From contig NC_045707.1 in NCBI RefSeq assembly GCF_009834535.1, forward strand, positions 60,328,001-60,392,000: DNA of 64,000 nt, in the 5' to 3' direction. Made by a program: the position numbers and the translations under genes. This DNA is from Camelus ferus (lineage: Eukaryota). Shown here piece after piece: positions 12,101-24,100 of the stretch (the first letter of the stretch is position 1; every line of letters starts with the position of its first letter). The notes below the pieces were generated by a model. The model was given only the letters and a program-made list of their open reading frames with translations, was not told the origin of the DNA and did no database searches.

Positions 12101-15100
12101 GAGAGAGAAAGAGAGTGAGCTCAGAAGGACTGAGAGTTTTATGGAGCAAAGAGCAGTCAACAGTCTTAACCCCTGCAGTGAGGTCAAGTGGGACATTCTG
12201 CCATTGATTTGTCAACCGAGAGGTGACTTGTGTCAGAGCAGGCTGTGGTGGTGTGAGGGACCCCTGGAGGACGGGCAGGGGAAAGCCCTCAGGGTGGACT
12301 ACTCATTTCTAGAAAGTGTGCTCTGGGGAGAAGGAGAGTGGTTAGTCAGTAGCTAGAAGGAGACGCTTCCTGACCTGCCTGTTCAGGTGTGATCCACTGC
12401 GGGGCAAGGCTGAAGAAAAGCGAGTGGACTGTTTGGGCAAAATGTGGGACCTGCAGGAGACGGAACTGGAAAAGAGGTCAGCACAGTATCACCAAGGGCC
12501 TTGAATAGACTGACGGCTATGTAGTATCTGAGGTGACAAGATCAAAGCTGTATCTAAGACAGAAGCAAGACTAGAACCAAGAGCTTTTAACCACGAAGCC
12601 CTTTCTGTGGCTGCTGGCAGCTTACAGCATAGTCCTAATGCTGATATAATTAATAGTAATAATAATGGTCATTTGTATAGCACTCACAGATTACAAACCG
12701 CTTCCTCTCTCATTATCTGAGCTGATGCACAGGTTACCTGCCACGGTGTGTTACTTCCATTTGTATACAGGAACCAGAGAAACTGTTTCCTGGGCACCTC
12801 TCCAGGCCCTCTCTAACTGAAGGGGTGATTTCCAGGGTGTTGCACTGGATTTCCTCGCAGGCAGATCTGATGGGGAGTTTGGCATGTGGGAGGTTTAGTT
12901 AGGAGTACCCTGGGGATCCCTGCCCGTTGAAGGGAAGGGAAGGCAGCAGAATTGGAGGGAGAGTCAGAGCTGCAGAAGTCTCAGTGGAAGTCTGCATTTA
13001 CCTTGTGGGGAGATCTGGGATGACCCCTCGGAATAGTCCTGAGTCTGAGTCTGGGCGAGGGGGCTGGGCTTTTTACACGTCTGTGCTGCTTCCCCTAGCA
13101 GTTGGGGACAGTATCAGCCTCTCGGGAAGGGGCATCATCCGGCTGAGTCAGCCCTCTTCGGCCAAAGCATGAAGACGTGTACTGTTGGCCTTCCTTCTGG
13201 CAGCTGGGGGAATGAGTCAATCATTCCTGAAGAGAGCCAGGTGCATTCCAGTGTCCACCACACGGCTGGGCAGCCTTGCGGGAAAGCCTTATAGATACTT
13301 CCAACCTGAACCCCTTAGTTTATAGATCCAGAAACGTCAGCCCAGACAGAATGAACAATTTGCCCAGTACCAAAAAGATACAGAGCTGAGACCAAAACCA
13401 GGTTTCCGAATGCTCATTTGAATCCCCTTTCCACTGCCTTCTACAGTGTCAGGATAGCAGGATAGACAGATAGATGGAGCAGGGTGTGATTAGATTACAG
13501 CTGACTTTCTGCCCACCTGAGATCTCAGAAAACAATTTGCTTGGCACTTTTTTTCTTTTGATGTAGAGGTGTGATACAGTCATAAACCTACCACATGACC
13601 TAATTCCCCTCCTACTTTAAGTGTTACTTAGATTGTAGTGAAAATATATCAAAGTGGTGGGGGAGGGTATAGCTCAGTGGTAGAGCACATGCCTAGCATG
13701 CATGAGGTCCTAGGATCAATCCCCAGTACTTCCATTAAAAATTTTAAATATGTATATTTATTTATTTATCAAAGTGCTAGAGGAAATAATCCATCTGAAT
13801 TGCTCCTCTAGGGGGAAAAAGTGGGAGCTCATTGTTCCTGGGAGGACAGGTACCACGGAGGCAGTAGAGAAGGGTGAATCTCTGCATCTTCTCAAACCTG
13901 GGCCACACACTCTACCATGGGAATATCGTTTGGAATAGATAATCAAGGCACAGTATTCCTTAAGACCCTGTGAGGGACAAGGCATTGTGCCAAAATTTGT
14001 GAGGGATGAGAGCTGTGGAACTCACTCCCTGACCTCCAGAAGTGCACAGTCTCTTAACAAGACAAGACACACGCCCAGGAAGTGAAATAGTGATATGATG
14101 TGCTGTGTTATGTTAGCTCCGAGTGCCAGGATGGATGGTAATAAAGAAGGGGAAGGGGAAGAGAACAGCTCAGTTTTATTGAGTGCGCACTGTATGCCAG
14201 GAACTCTTCTCATAACTCTTGAGGCTGGTGTTTTTATGAATTTCATTTTCAGTGGAGAGAATTAAAGCACAGTGCGGAGGAAGAAATTGCCCGCGCTCGC
14301 CCTGCGGCTAAGAAGCGGAGGCAGGTGAGCTGGCCCTCATGGCCTTCGTGCAGAGCCGCCTCGGCCCGCTGGGTACCTTTTGTTGGAACTGCGAGAAAGC
14401 TAACTTGCCAATTCACACCCAGGACAAGCTTCTTGCTAGATGCAGAATTTCAGAAACTTCTGCTATCAGCTGTTTCTTGCATACCAATTGCTATTTTTTT
14501 TTTAAGTTTCAATGTCATTTCTTACTGACGCATAGAGTCCGTTTACAATGTTGTGTCAATTTCTGGTGTACAACATAATGTTTCAGGCATACATATACAA
14601 ACATATATTCCTTTTCATATTCTTTTTCATTATAGGTTATTACAAGATACCGAATATAGTTCCCTGTGCTATACAGTATGAACTTGTTGTTTATGTATTA
14701 TATGTGTTAGTTAGCATCTGCAAATCTCGAACTCCTGATTTATCCCTTCCCACCCTCTTTCCCCCTTGGTGACTATGAGTTTCTTTTCTATGCCTGTGAG
14801 TCTGTTTCTGTTTTGTAAATTAGTTCATCTGTGTCTTTTTTTAATTTTTTTTTTTTTAGATTCCACATATGAGTGATATCATATAGTATTTTTCTACCAA
14901 TGACTTTTATACTTAATGAGGTTGCATGTGACCTGAGGCAAGGCACCCTCCTTGGGCCTCAGTTTCTTTTTTTTTTTTTTTTTTTTTTTTGGTGGGAGGA
15001 GGTAATTAGGTTTATTCATTTATTTATTTTTAGAGGAAGTACTGGGGATTGAACCTAGGACCTCATGCATGCTAAGCATGCGCTCTATCACTTGAGCTAA

Positions 15101-18100
15101 TCCTCCTGTACCTCAGTTTCTTCATCTGTAGGCTAGAAAAATAATTGGATGAAGAGTTAATAGGTGTAAAATACACAGAACAGGTACTATGTGTAGCACA
15201 TGGTCAACACTCAGTACTTCCTCTTGTAGAAGACTTCATCAGAGTTGCACACTCGCAGGGACTTAAGAGACGTGAGCAGCTGCACTGCCCCAGGCGAGAT
15301 GCCTACAGCTGCAGTGGCATGAGAAATTGTCACCCCCCAAATCTCCACTCCCTCCCTATTACGCCAGGACAGAACCTCACCGTGGCTGGCTGGCAGCTTT
15401 GGATCCACAAAACAAGAGTCAGCCTGCTAACACAAACTCCAGTTTCTCCCAAACAGTTCTTTTTCCCTCTTCACATCTTGCTCATTTGTAGGAAAGTACT
15501 TGTTTTAAACCACTGCTCAGCCAAAATCCAAGCATGCATAAGCTGTAGAGTGATACTATGTGTGCAGGAAAGGGAGTGACAAATATTTAACTCATCCACC
15601 TTCATAATTATGTAAGGCACTATTGCCTGGAGGTGAACTTAACTTTGGGAAGAGCAGAAGCTTTCTGGTTTTAAATGGCAAAAACTCATTTAAGGGGAAA
15701 GAAATTTGTTTTAGTAATTTAGTCATTCCAAATGTAAGGTCTGTATACTCAGTCCTTTTGGCTTAATGGATTAATGGACCCATCGTTAACTTTTCCTTAC
15801 AATTATCTGAGACAGTCTACTCAAAGGGTGGTCAGGGGCAGGTGCTAGTCCACGAACTATTACCAAGCAGCAAAAAATTAAGAACAGAATTTGAGAGTTT
15901 AGCACTTAGAAACCTCTACAGAAATTTGACCTTCCCCCTGTGACATCTAAGCCTGCGATCAGTGGTCTCTTCTTGTCGAACAAGCTGTAGGTCAGGGTGA
16001 ATGGCAAACTCAAGTTGAAAGTCACATGTGATTGGAGTTGCATGAGCCCTAGGAAGTAAGATCATGTATCAGTCTGTGGGAGTTTAGAAATAAAAAACCC
16101 TGGTCCTTCACCATGGATAGTTTGAGCAGCACTGCTCTGGGGGAGTGACATCCAACAGCTAGTTGGTTTGAAATCTGGCTTTTTGTTGGATACTCTTCCA
16201 TTCATTGGTCCTGCTAATTCCTATATTAGCACTGGTGAACCTTGAACAAAAGCTTAATTGCTCTTCACTAGTTAGTGCAAACCTGTAAATAGCGCTTTAA
16301 AAAATACGTCACTCAGAAGCAATATGGACTCAATCCACATTTGCCCTTATTGTCATCCCCGACTAGTACAAGCATGCACCAGGGACAGATATCCTCGTGA
16401 CTTCTTTCACAGAGATGCCATGAAAAATATGTTTCAAAGGAGTAGCACATCATAATTGTTTTCTCATTGGAGCCACGCTTTGATTCCCACGAATCCTTCT
16501 ATTTACATGAGTCCTATCCTGATATTTTTTCAGCCCTGAACATATGGTCTGTTTGTATTTTCACGTCTTAGTGAATGATGGGAACAAAGTGTACTCTTAG
16601 CTGATACCTGCCCTTCCTCGTTTTTGCTAAAAGGTCTTTTTATTTAAATAGGAAAACATATTTGTGGATCGCTCAAGGATGGCCCCCAAGACGCCAATAA
16701 AAAATGAACCAATTGACTTATCGAAGCAAAAGATCTTCACTCCAGAAAGAAATCCCATTACCCCAGTTAAGCTCGTGGACCGACAGCAGGCGGAACCGTG
16801 GACGCCCACAGCTAACCTGAAGATACTCATCAGTGCTGCCAGCCCGGACATCAGAGACCGAGAGAAGAAAAAGGGGCTGTTCAGGCCCATTGAGAACAAG
16901 GACGATGTGTTTACAGACTCCCTGCAGGTAAAGAGGCTGTGCTCCTAAGGCTGTTCATAGAATTTTAACATTTTTAGTTGACTATTAAAAACTCATACAA
17001 TTCTCAACTTTTTGGTTACTATTGAGTCAAAAGCAGTACTCGACTTAATCTTTTTATTTATTTACAAGTGAAATGGAATTCTCATCCTCTGTTTCATTTT
17101 TCATAATGAATGCTCTCTTTTCTTCCATGTTGATACTCTCTTGACCAGCATACATTTTTAAATGATACATTTTTTTAAGCAATGATATTTAATAATTTTG
17201 ATGTAACGAAAAATTTGGATTTTTTTAACTCTGCCATGAATTATAATTCTTGCTCCAATTTTAAGGGTAATAGTAACCTACAGATTTTTGAGTTGGGAAA
17301 TTTTGTGATTCTCAAGTATGTTCAGTTCATTGGTTTGGGGCTTTATGGTTAAGTCATCTTTAAATTAGCTGTCCTGTAGGGAACCAGGCCTACTGAATAA
17401 GTAGCATATCTATACTTTTTTGTTTAAAAAATCAGTGGTCAATAATTTTCACTCCCCCATCGAACTCTTTCCCAGACTTGCTAACGAAAGTCACTCACAG
17501 ATCAGAGTGTTGTCTCCCATTTTTTTCTCCTCTTGGCAGATTTTTTAAGCTATAAAAATGACCAAAATGAAGGAATTGGGAAGGAAGATTTAAAAAGTCC
17601 CAAATTACAACTTGAAATCAATAGAACAAAATGAACTGAATCTTCTACACACTTCATTGTGGTGATAGAACCAACAGACTCTTTCATGTAACTAAATACA
17701 AATCATAGTTTTAAGAGTAGTTCCTATGTGCTTAAAGCCAAAAATATTTCAGTTTGTCTTTTAAGTCTGGACTGTTCTTTGGCTTTTTGTCCATTTTATA
17801 TTTGATGTGGAATGCATAAGGGGGCTTTGTTTCAGAGGCCCTGGGTTTAAATCACTACCCAGGTGAGTGGGGGGAATCACTGAAGGTCTCTGCACCTCAG
17901 TTTACTTATCTGGAAAAAGGGGTCGTGGTACCTGCCCTAGTTCCATGAGGGCAATAAGAATTACATAACATTAAGTATGCTTTTTGCATCAAAGGTATAT
18001 AAATATTAGTTGTTTTTTTCACTTTCTTGACAAAATAACAAAGTGAATATCACGCAATAGGAATTGTTAGTGACTTCTTTCACGAGAGAACACTGTTGGT

Positions 18101-21100
18101 ATCTTACTTTAATAGAACTAGTTGTTTATTTGCCCCTAAAACAAGTAAATTGTTGTTTTTCTACCCTAGATTTATTGGGAGATTTTTAACTGATCAGTCA
18201 TTAGAATTGTTCCCTGGGACTGGGAAGTAAATGCCTAAAATTTGAGTGGCTTTAAAACAATGTTTTAATATCTTTTTTAAATGAATTCTTCATTACCTTT
18301 TGCTAGACTGGTCATATAAAATCTACTTATGTATGTAATATCTTTAATACTCTTGAATTTGCCCCCCAACCCAAAAACCAGAGTAATACTCAATTTATAT
18401 TTACTTCTCCCACAAGGTAACCTCTCCACAATGTGTATTTATTATTTCATTGCCTACTACAATTTCCATTTTGTATAAGAGACTTAAGCATCCACAGATT
18501 GTGATGTCAATGGCAGGGGTGGTCCTGGAACCAATTTCTTGTGGATACTAAGGGATGACCATAGTATGTACTCTTCTGGGACTTGCCTTTTCAATCAACA
18601 CACACCTTTAAGATGCATCTGTGTTCTTGCATGTAGCTATAGTTTTCTCATTTTCATTGCTGTATGATATTCTATTACATGAATATACCACGACTTTTTT
18701 ATCCATTTTCCAGTTTGTAGCCATTTGGGTTGTTTCCAGTTTGGGCTAAGAAGAACTACAGTTGTGTTGAAGCTGTTGAGATAATCATGTTGCTTTTCTC
18801 CTTGAATATGTTCATGGAAAAATCTTTTACTTTCCTGGGGCTTGAATTGAGCTTTTTTTAAAAGTGGGCTAGTAAGACAAGGGTACTAGTTTAATGTACT
18901 TAGAATAAGAAAGAAAAAGGAATAATAAGATTTAGCCGCCCTTGTTCAGTTCCATCCACCCTTGGTCCATTGTGAAAAATAAGATTTTGGTGACACTGCA
19001 GGCTGGTACATCTCAGACTTCCATGTTAAGAGGACTTAACGCAGGATCTTAGGAAAAGATAGGCTCTGATACACCTGGTCTGAGATGAAGCCTGAGGTTT
19101 TACATCTCTTAACGTGCTCCCAGTGGTGCTGATCTCCAGTGTAATGAACACACTAGGAGCACAGGTGTAACAGCCTACAAATGACCGCATTGTTCATTCA
19201 TTTTTTCATTTAACCCCTAGACTCGGCCTCAGATTGCCAAAGAGGAAAGGTTCAGTTCAGAGAAAGCAGTAGGTAAAATGTTAAGAAAATTGGATTAGGA
19301 AATGTATTTTTACCGGGATCTAGGACAGTACAGATGGGGATACTGCCCTCAACTCGCCAGTACCACCCACCGCAGTTTCTCCACTGGGATGTTAACAGTG
19401 ACATCTCCCCCCTCCCTTCTGTCTGCTTTCTGTAGCTTGATGTCCTTGGGGACAGTGCTGTGGACGAATTTGAAAAGCAAAGGCCAAGCAGGAAACAGAA
19501 AAGCTTAGGACTCCTGTGCCAGAAGTTTCTAGCTCGCTATCCAAGTTATCCACTGTCAACTGAGAAAACTACCATCTCCTTAGATGAAGTTGCTGTCAGT
19601 CTCGGTATGTATCACCAGATCCCCTGGAGGCCTGTCTCCAGTTACAGCGGGAAACCGATTTCCTCTGGCAGGCCAAAGTCTCCAGATCGCCTCCTCTATT
19701 AAGTAAAGAGGGGCCCCCCTAAAAGAGTCAGGACAGAGGAGCAGGTAGAGCTTTCTTCTGTTATCATAATGTTTCTCATCATTATGCACAGAATTCCAGG
19801 GAGCCTTCTACACCTGGAGGTCAGACAAAAGTTTGGTTTTCCTAACCTTGAAATTTTTTTTTACAAAAGACTCACATTACAATTGAATATCTAGTATCTT
19901 AATTCCACCCTATTTAAATAGACTAAAAGGACATTTAGAAATATCCTGCATTTTTTAAAAGCAAGATAGAGTTCAGAACTGGTGTTATTTCTGTTATAAA
20001 GCAAGGGCATTATATTTGAAGCCCTCCACTGTGATATTCACAGCAAGTCTGCCAAACTAGAAAGAGCACATCTGGATATAACTCAGACAACTAAGCCTTT
20101 TAACAAAGAGGAATACGTGGATTCACATGGATTCACATGGCGTGGGTGGGTGGAATGAGCAAGGGTGTCCAGGCTATAAATATGTAGACAGCTGATTCAG
20201 AACAGAGACCCCTGGTGGACACGGACTGCAATTGGTTTCAGGATGAACATACTGTTGACAATCAGTAAATAAGGAGAAATCATGATGATTTCAAGGTGAC
20301 AGTGTCCCCTTAAGAAACAAGGAGGGTTTACATAAAGGGGAAAAAAAGTCTCGAAGAAATCAGCCCAATAGGCTTTGTGATAGATTACGTTTTTAGTTTG
20401 TTTATTAGTTCTGTATCTTCCCATAGCCCAGAGAATGTGACTCAGTAGATGACTGTCAACCTGAATTATTCAAACTGATGGCTAAAAAGATTTTATTTGC
20501 TGGAAATTGAAATAATGAGGATCTAATGTATTATGATAGGAAGACCACAGGCTGGACTTCGGGTCAGAGAGAGCTGGATTTGAAGCCCAGCTATCTAACT
20601 TATAAGCTTTAAAAAGTTATTAATCTTTTCTCATCCAGAGCATAGGGACTATAGCACCTACCGTACAGAAACTTAGCAAAACTGGGGACAATGTCCGTAA
20701 CGTGCCCGACTCAAGGCCTGTCATGGGTAACTCTTCTGCTATGTGGCATGGTTTCTGCTCAGCTTTTATTAGAGGCACCCTCCCCCATCCCCATCCTGTC
20801 AACCTCTACAGCTAGGAAGAGGGAGCAGAGGAATTGGACGGGGGAGCCGTTTTGGAACCCAGAAGTAGAATACAGCATTTTGTCATCGGTGGCAATGAAA
20901 CAAGAAGGGGAAGCGAGCCAGCTGGACAGAGGCTTGGTATAGACACAGTGGAGGCACAGCGTCCTGGAAACTAGCCTTAAGAGGATGAAGGTGAAACGTC
21001 AGATCATATAATCTTTCTCATTGGGGTTTATGAAGCCAACTTCCTGCATATACGCAGCCTTCATCAAGAGGCCTTGCACTGATGTCAGTGCAGAAGACAG

Positions 21101-24100
21101 AAGATGAGATGCGGGAAGGCTACATTACAGGTCCCTGGGAGGGCAGGAGCCTATTCTCATATGGGCTGTAGATCCCCGCATTATAACCGCCCAGGGCAGA
21201 ACTCCAAGGATTTTTGCAGCAGCTTCCTATCTCATGATTACCCAGAAATGCCAGGTGAACCTGCCATCTCTCTTCATGTAAGATCAAAAAACAAGCTATT
21301 TCAGGGGTGACTATCTCAGGATTAAGTCTGAACTCCCTGCTACATTTCAGGTCACAAGCTATAAGCCACATTTTAACCATGGCTGTGCAGAGCATTCAAA
21401 TTGCACGTTTTCCAGCTTCTGGTCTCATGTAGATTTGATACTGATATTGTAGGTAAGAAGTTCAAAGAACTGGGAGTGACTTTAGTAAGTGGAAAATTAC
21501 ACAACCTAGGAAACTTATTGGGCTGAGATGTTCTTGGTAAGTTCAGTCGGGGCACAAGGGAAGCATGGTAACAAAGGCTCGTAGGTATAACTAACGCCAT
21601 AACTAGGACTAACAGGATTGTGCTGAATACAAAAGAAAAAGAAGGCTGAATGCCAGGGAAAACCTTCCTGAGCAGGCAAGCCCCAGAGTAACCTACAGGT
21701 CACGAGACCTGTGAAATGGAACTTTTTAGTGCACCCAGCAGGTGGATGGTTATACTCAGTCCGGGTTGCAAAGGTGAGTGAGTGACTATTCAGGCCAATA
21801 GCTACACAGTGGCTGCTGCCAGCGCCGCCTACTAAACACCCATTGTGCATATCAGGCATCATCTTACTCTCCAAGTGGTCTGAATCTTCCTTTATTGCTT
21901 ATCTGTTATTTCTTCCTTTCTTGGGGTGTCCAGCCACTAGATGGAGACTCAACAGCTTGTATCAAATACAAAATAGCACAACAGCCAGGCAGATGGCTGG
22001 CCCTGGGGTGTCTCAGTTGCATTCACATGACATTTCTAATGGGAAGTTTTATAGAATGTTACGCTCTAAACAAGACGTGTTAATATATGAAAACAGACTG
22101 GAATAAGGAACCAGGCGGATCTGGACAAGGGGCCGCTGACTGCTCCTGCCAGCACCTTCCAGCCGGCATCTGGCACCGCAAAAGCCTGAGCTTTTGAGGG
22201 TGAAGAGCCTTTCACGGTCATGAGCCGAAATGTCCTGATGGACTGCAAAATGCCCCTTCATGCATGTGACAGAACCTCCTCTCAGCTCCACAGTTTTCAC
22301 TGTAATTTGGTCTATTTCTCATGTTAAATCTTTGAAGGGCCAAGAGCTGCCCTGATTATATAACAGCTCCTGGCAAATGAAGAGAAAGGAGGCATTTTTG
22401 TAGCTGGGCCAGTTTTCTGGGAGATGCCTGGAGGCTTCTGTTACAGATACTTAGACAAGAGCAAAAGGAGCCAGTGGGTTCCAAAAGCCTACAGGCCAGC
22501 CTGTTGCATAACAGGATGAGACACAGATGGGAGACCTTAAAAATCTGCTTCTACCGTCACCTCTTCTGTTAGTAGGGATTTTAGGTGTCCAATACCACGC
22601 AGGAAGTATCTAAAAATAATACACAAACAGTAGATAAATTAACACCTATCGTGAACCCTTATAAGTGTACGGTCACATGTAATCCTCATCACTTTATGAG
22701 ATAAATACTAAGGCACCAAATGATTAAAGAACTTCGCAGGCTCACCCAACTGCTCAGGGATAATGCAGGAATTCAAATCCAGGCAGTCTGACCCTGAAGC
22801 CCCTACACTTAACCACTGTAAATATTTTTAGTAAATTAAATGGACTGCTCACAATCCTAGCTATTTGGGGAACGTTGGGAAAGTGGATAGGGAATTGATG
22901 AACTTGACGGTCGGCCTGTGCTAGTTTCTCCGCGCTTTACCGGTGGGCTGTTTGGTGGGATGTGGTGGACAGGAGCCCAAGGTGACTTGTCAGTAGCTGT
23001 GATGAGCAGGGGGAGACTCGTCTGTGGCTCCAGCCCTGGAAATAGCTTCCTCCAGCAACTTGAGAAGCGGGTGCCCAAGCTCTTGACTCCTGAGTTTCCA
23101 GGGCAAAATCAGAAACAGTATTTACTATCTGTTTTCCTCACTGCCATTAAGAGAATTAACAAGGTAATTTTTTTCACATCATTCAAACTCCAGGAAAGGC
23201 TAGGATTGTCCAATAACAAGATAACAGTTACTGGGCACAGTTTTAGATATAATTCCTGTGTAATTAGGAATACACGTCAGAATCAACCGTCCAGCATTCA
23301 TGAGGCACTCATTCCTGTGATGTGTGTTGCTCAGTCCAGTCAGCTTTAGCACGCTGAAATGTTTATGTGGTTTGCCCAACGGATCCAAAGAAGAGTTGCC
23401 CTACTATTTATGTAATAGAGATGGACCTATCACTCATCTCAGGGTGGATGTTTATCCCAATCCTATCGAGAGTTGAATCCCAAGAAGGAAAAAGAAACAC
23501 AATTTTTGTTGGCTTGCATTCTTACAGGGTGAATTTGTTGAGCATTCAGATGTGCTGGGCAAAGGATCCTACAAAATCGTTCACAGACAAGGCTTAGGCC
23601 CTCGAGAAACGTGGACTCAGACATGTTCATTGGCATGATGATGGCTGGCTTCTGTTTCTCAAACAGGCGTTGAAAGGAGGCGCATTTATGACATTGTCAA
23701 CGTGCTGGAGTCTCTGCGTCTGGTCAGCCGGGTGGCCAAGAACCAGTATGGCTGGCACGGCCGGCACAGCCTGCCACGCACCCTGCGGGACCTCCAAAGA
23801 CTAGGAGAGGAGCAGAAGTATGAAGAGCAGATGGCCCACCTCCAGCAGAAAGAGCTAGACCTGATGGATTATAAATTTGGAGAACAGAAGAAAGACGGCT
23901 GTCCAGACTCCCAAGACCATCAGTTACTGGACTTCTCTGAACCGGACTATCCCTCCTGTAAGTCCACTGTAGCCACCAGAGTAACGGCAGAGGGGGTGAT
24001 GGTCTCTTCCGAGAGATTCCCTGGTGAGGGGGGAAGGGCCAGACCGACAACCCCGGAGGGAGGGGTCCTCTCATTCTGTCTGCTGAGGACAGGGAGGCAG

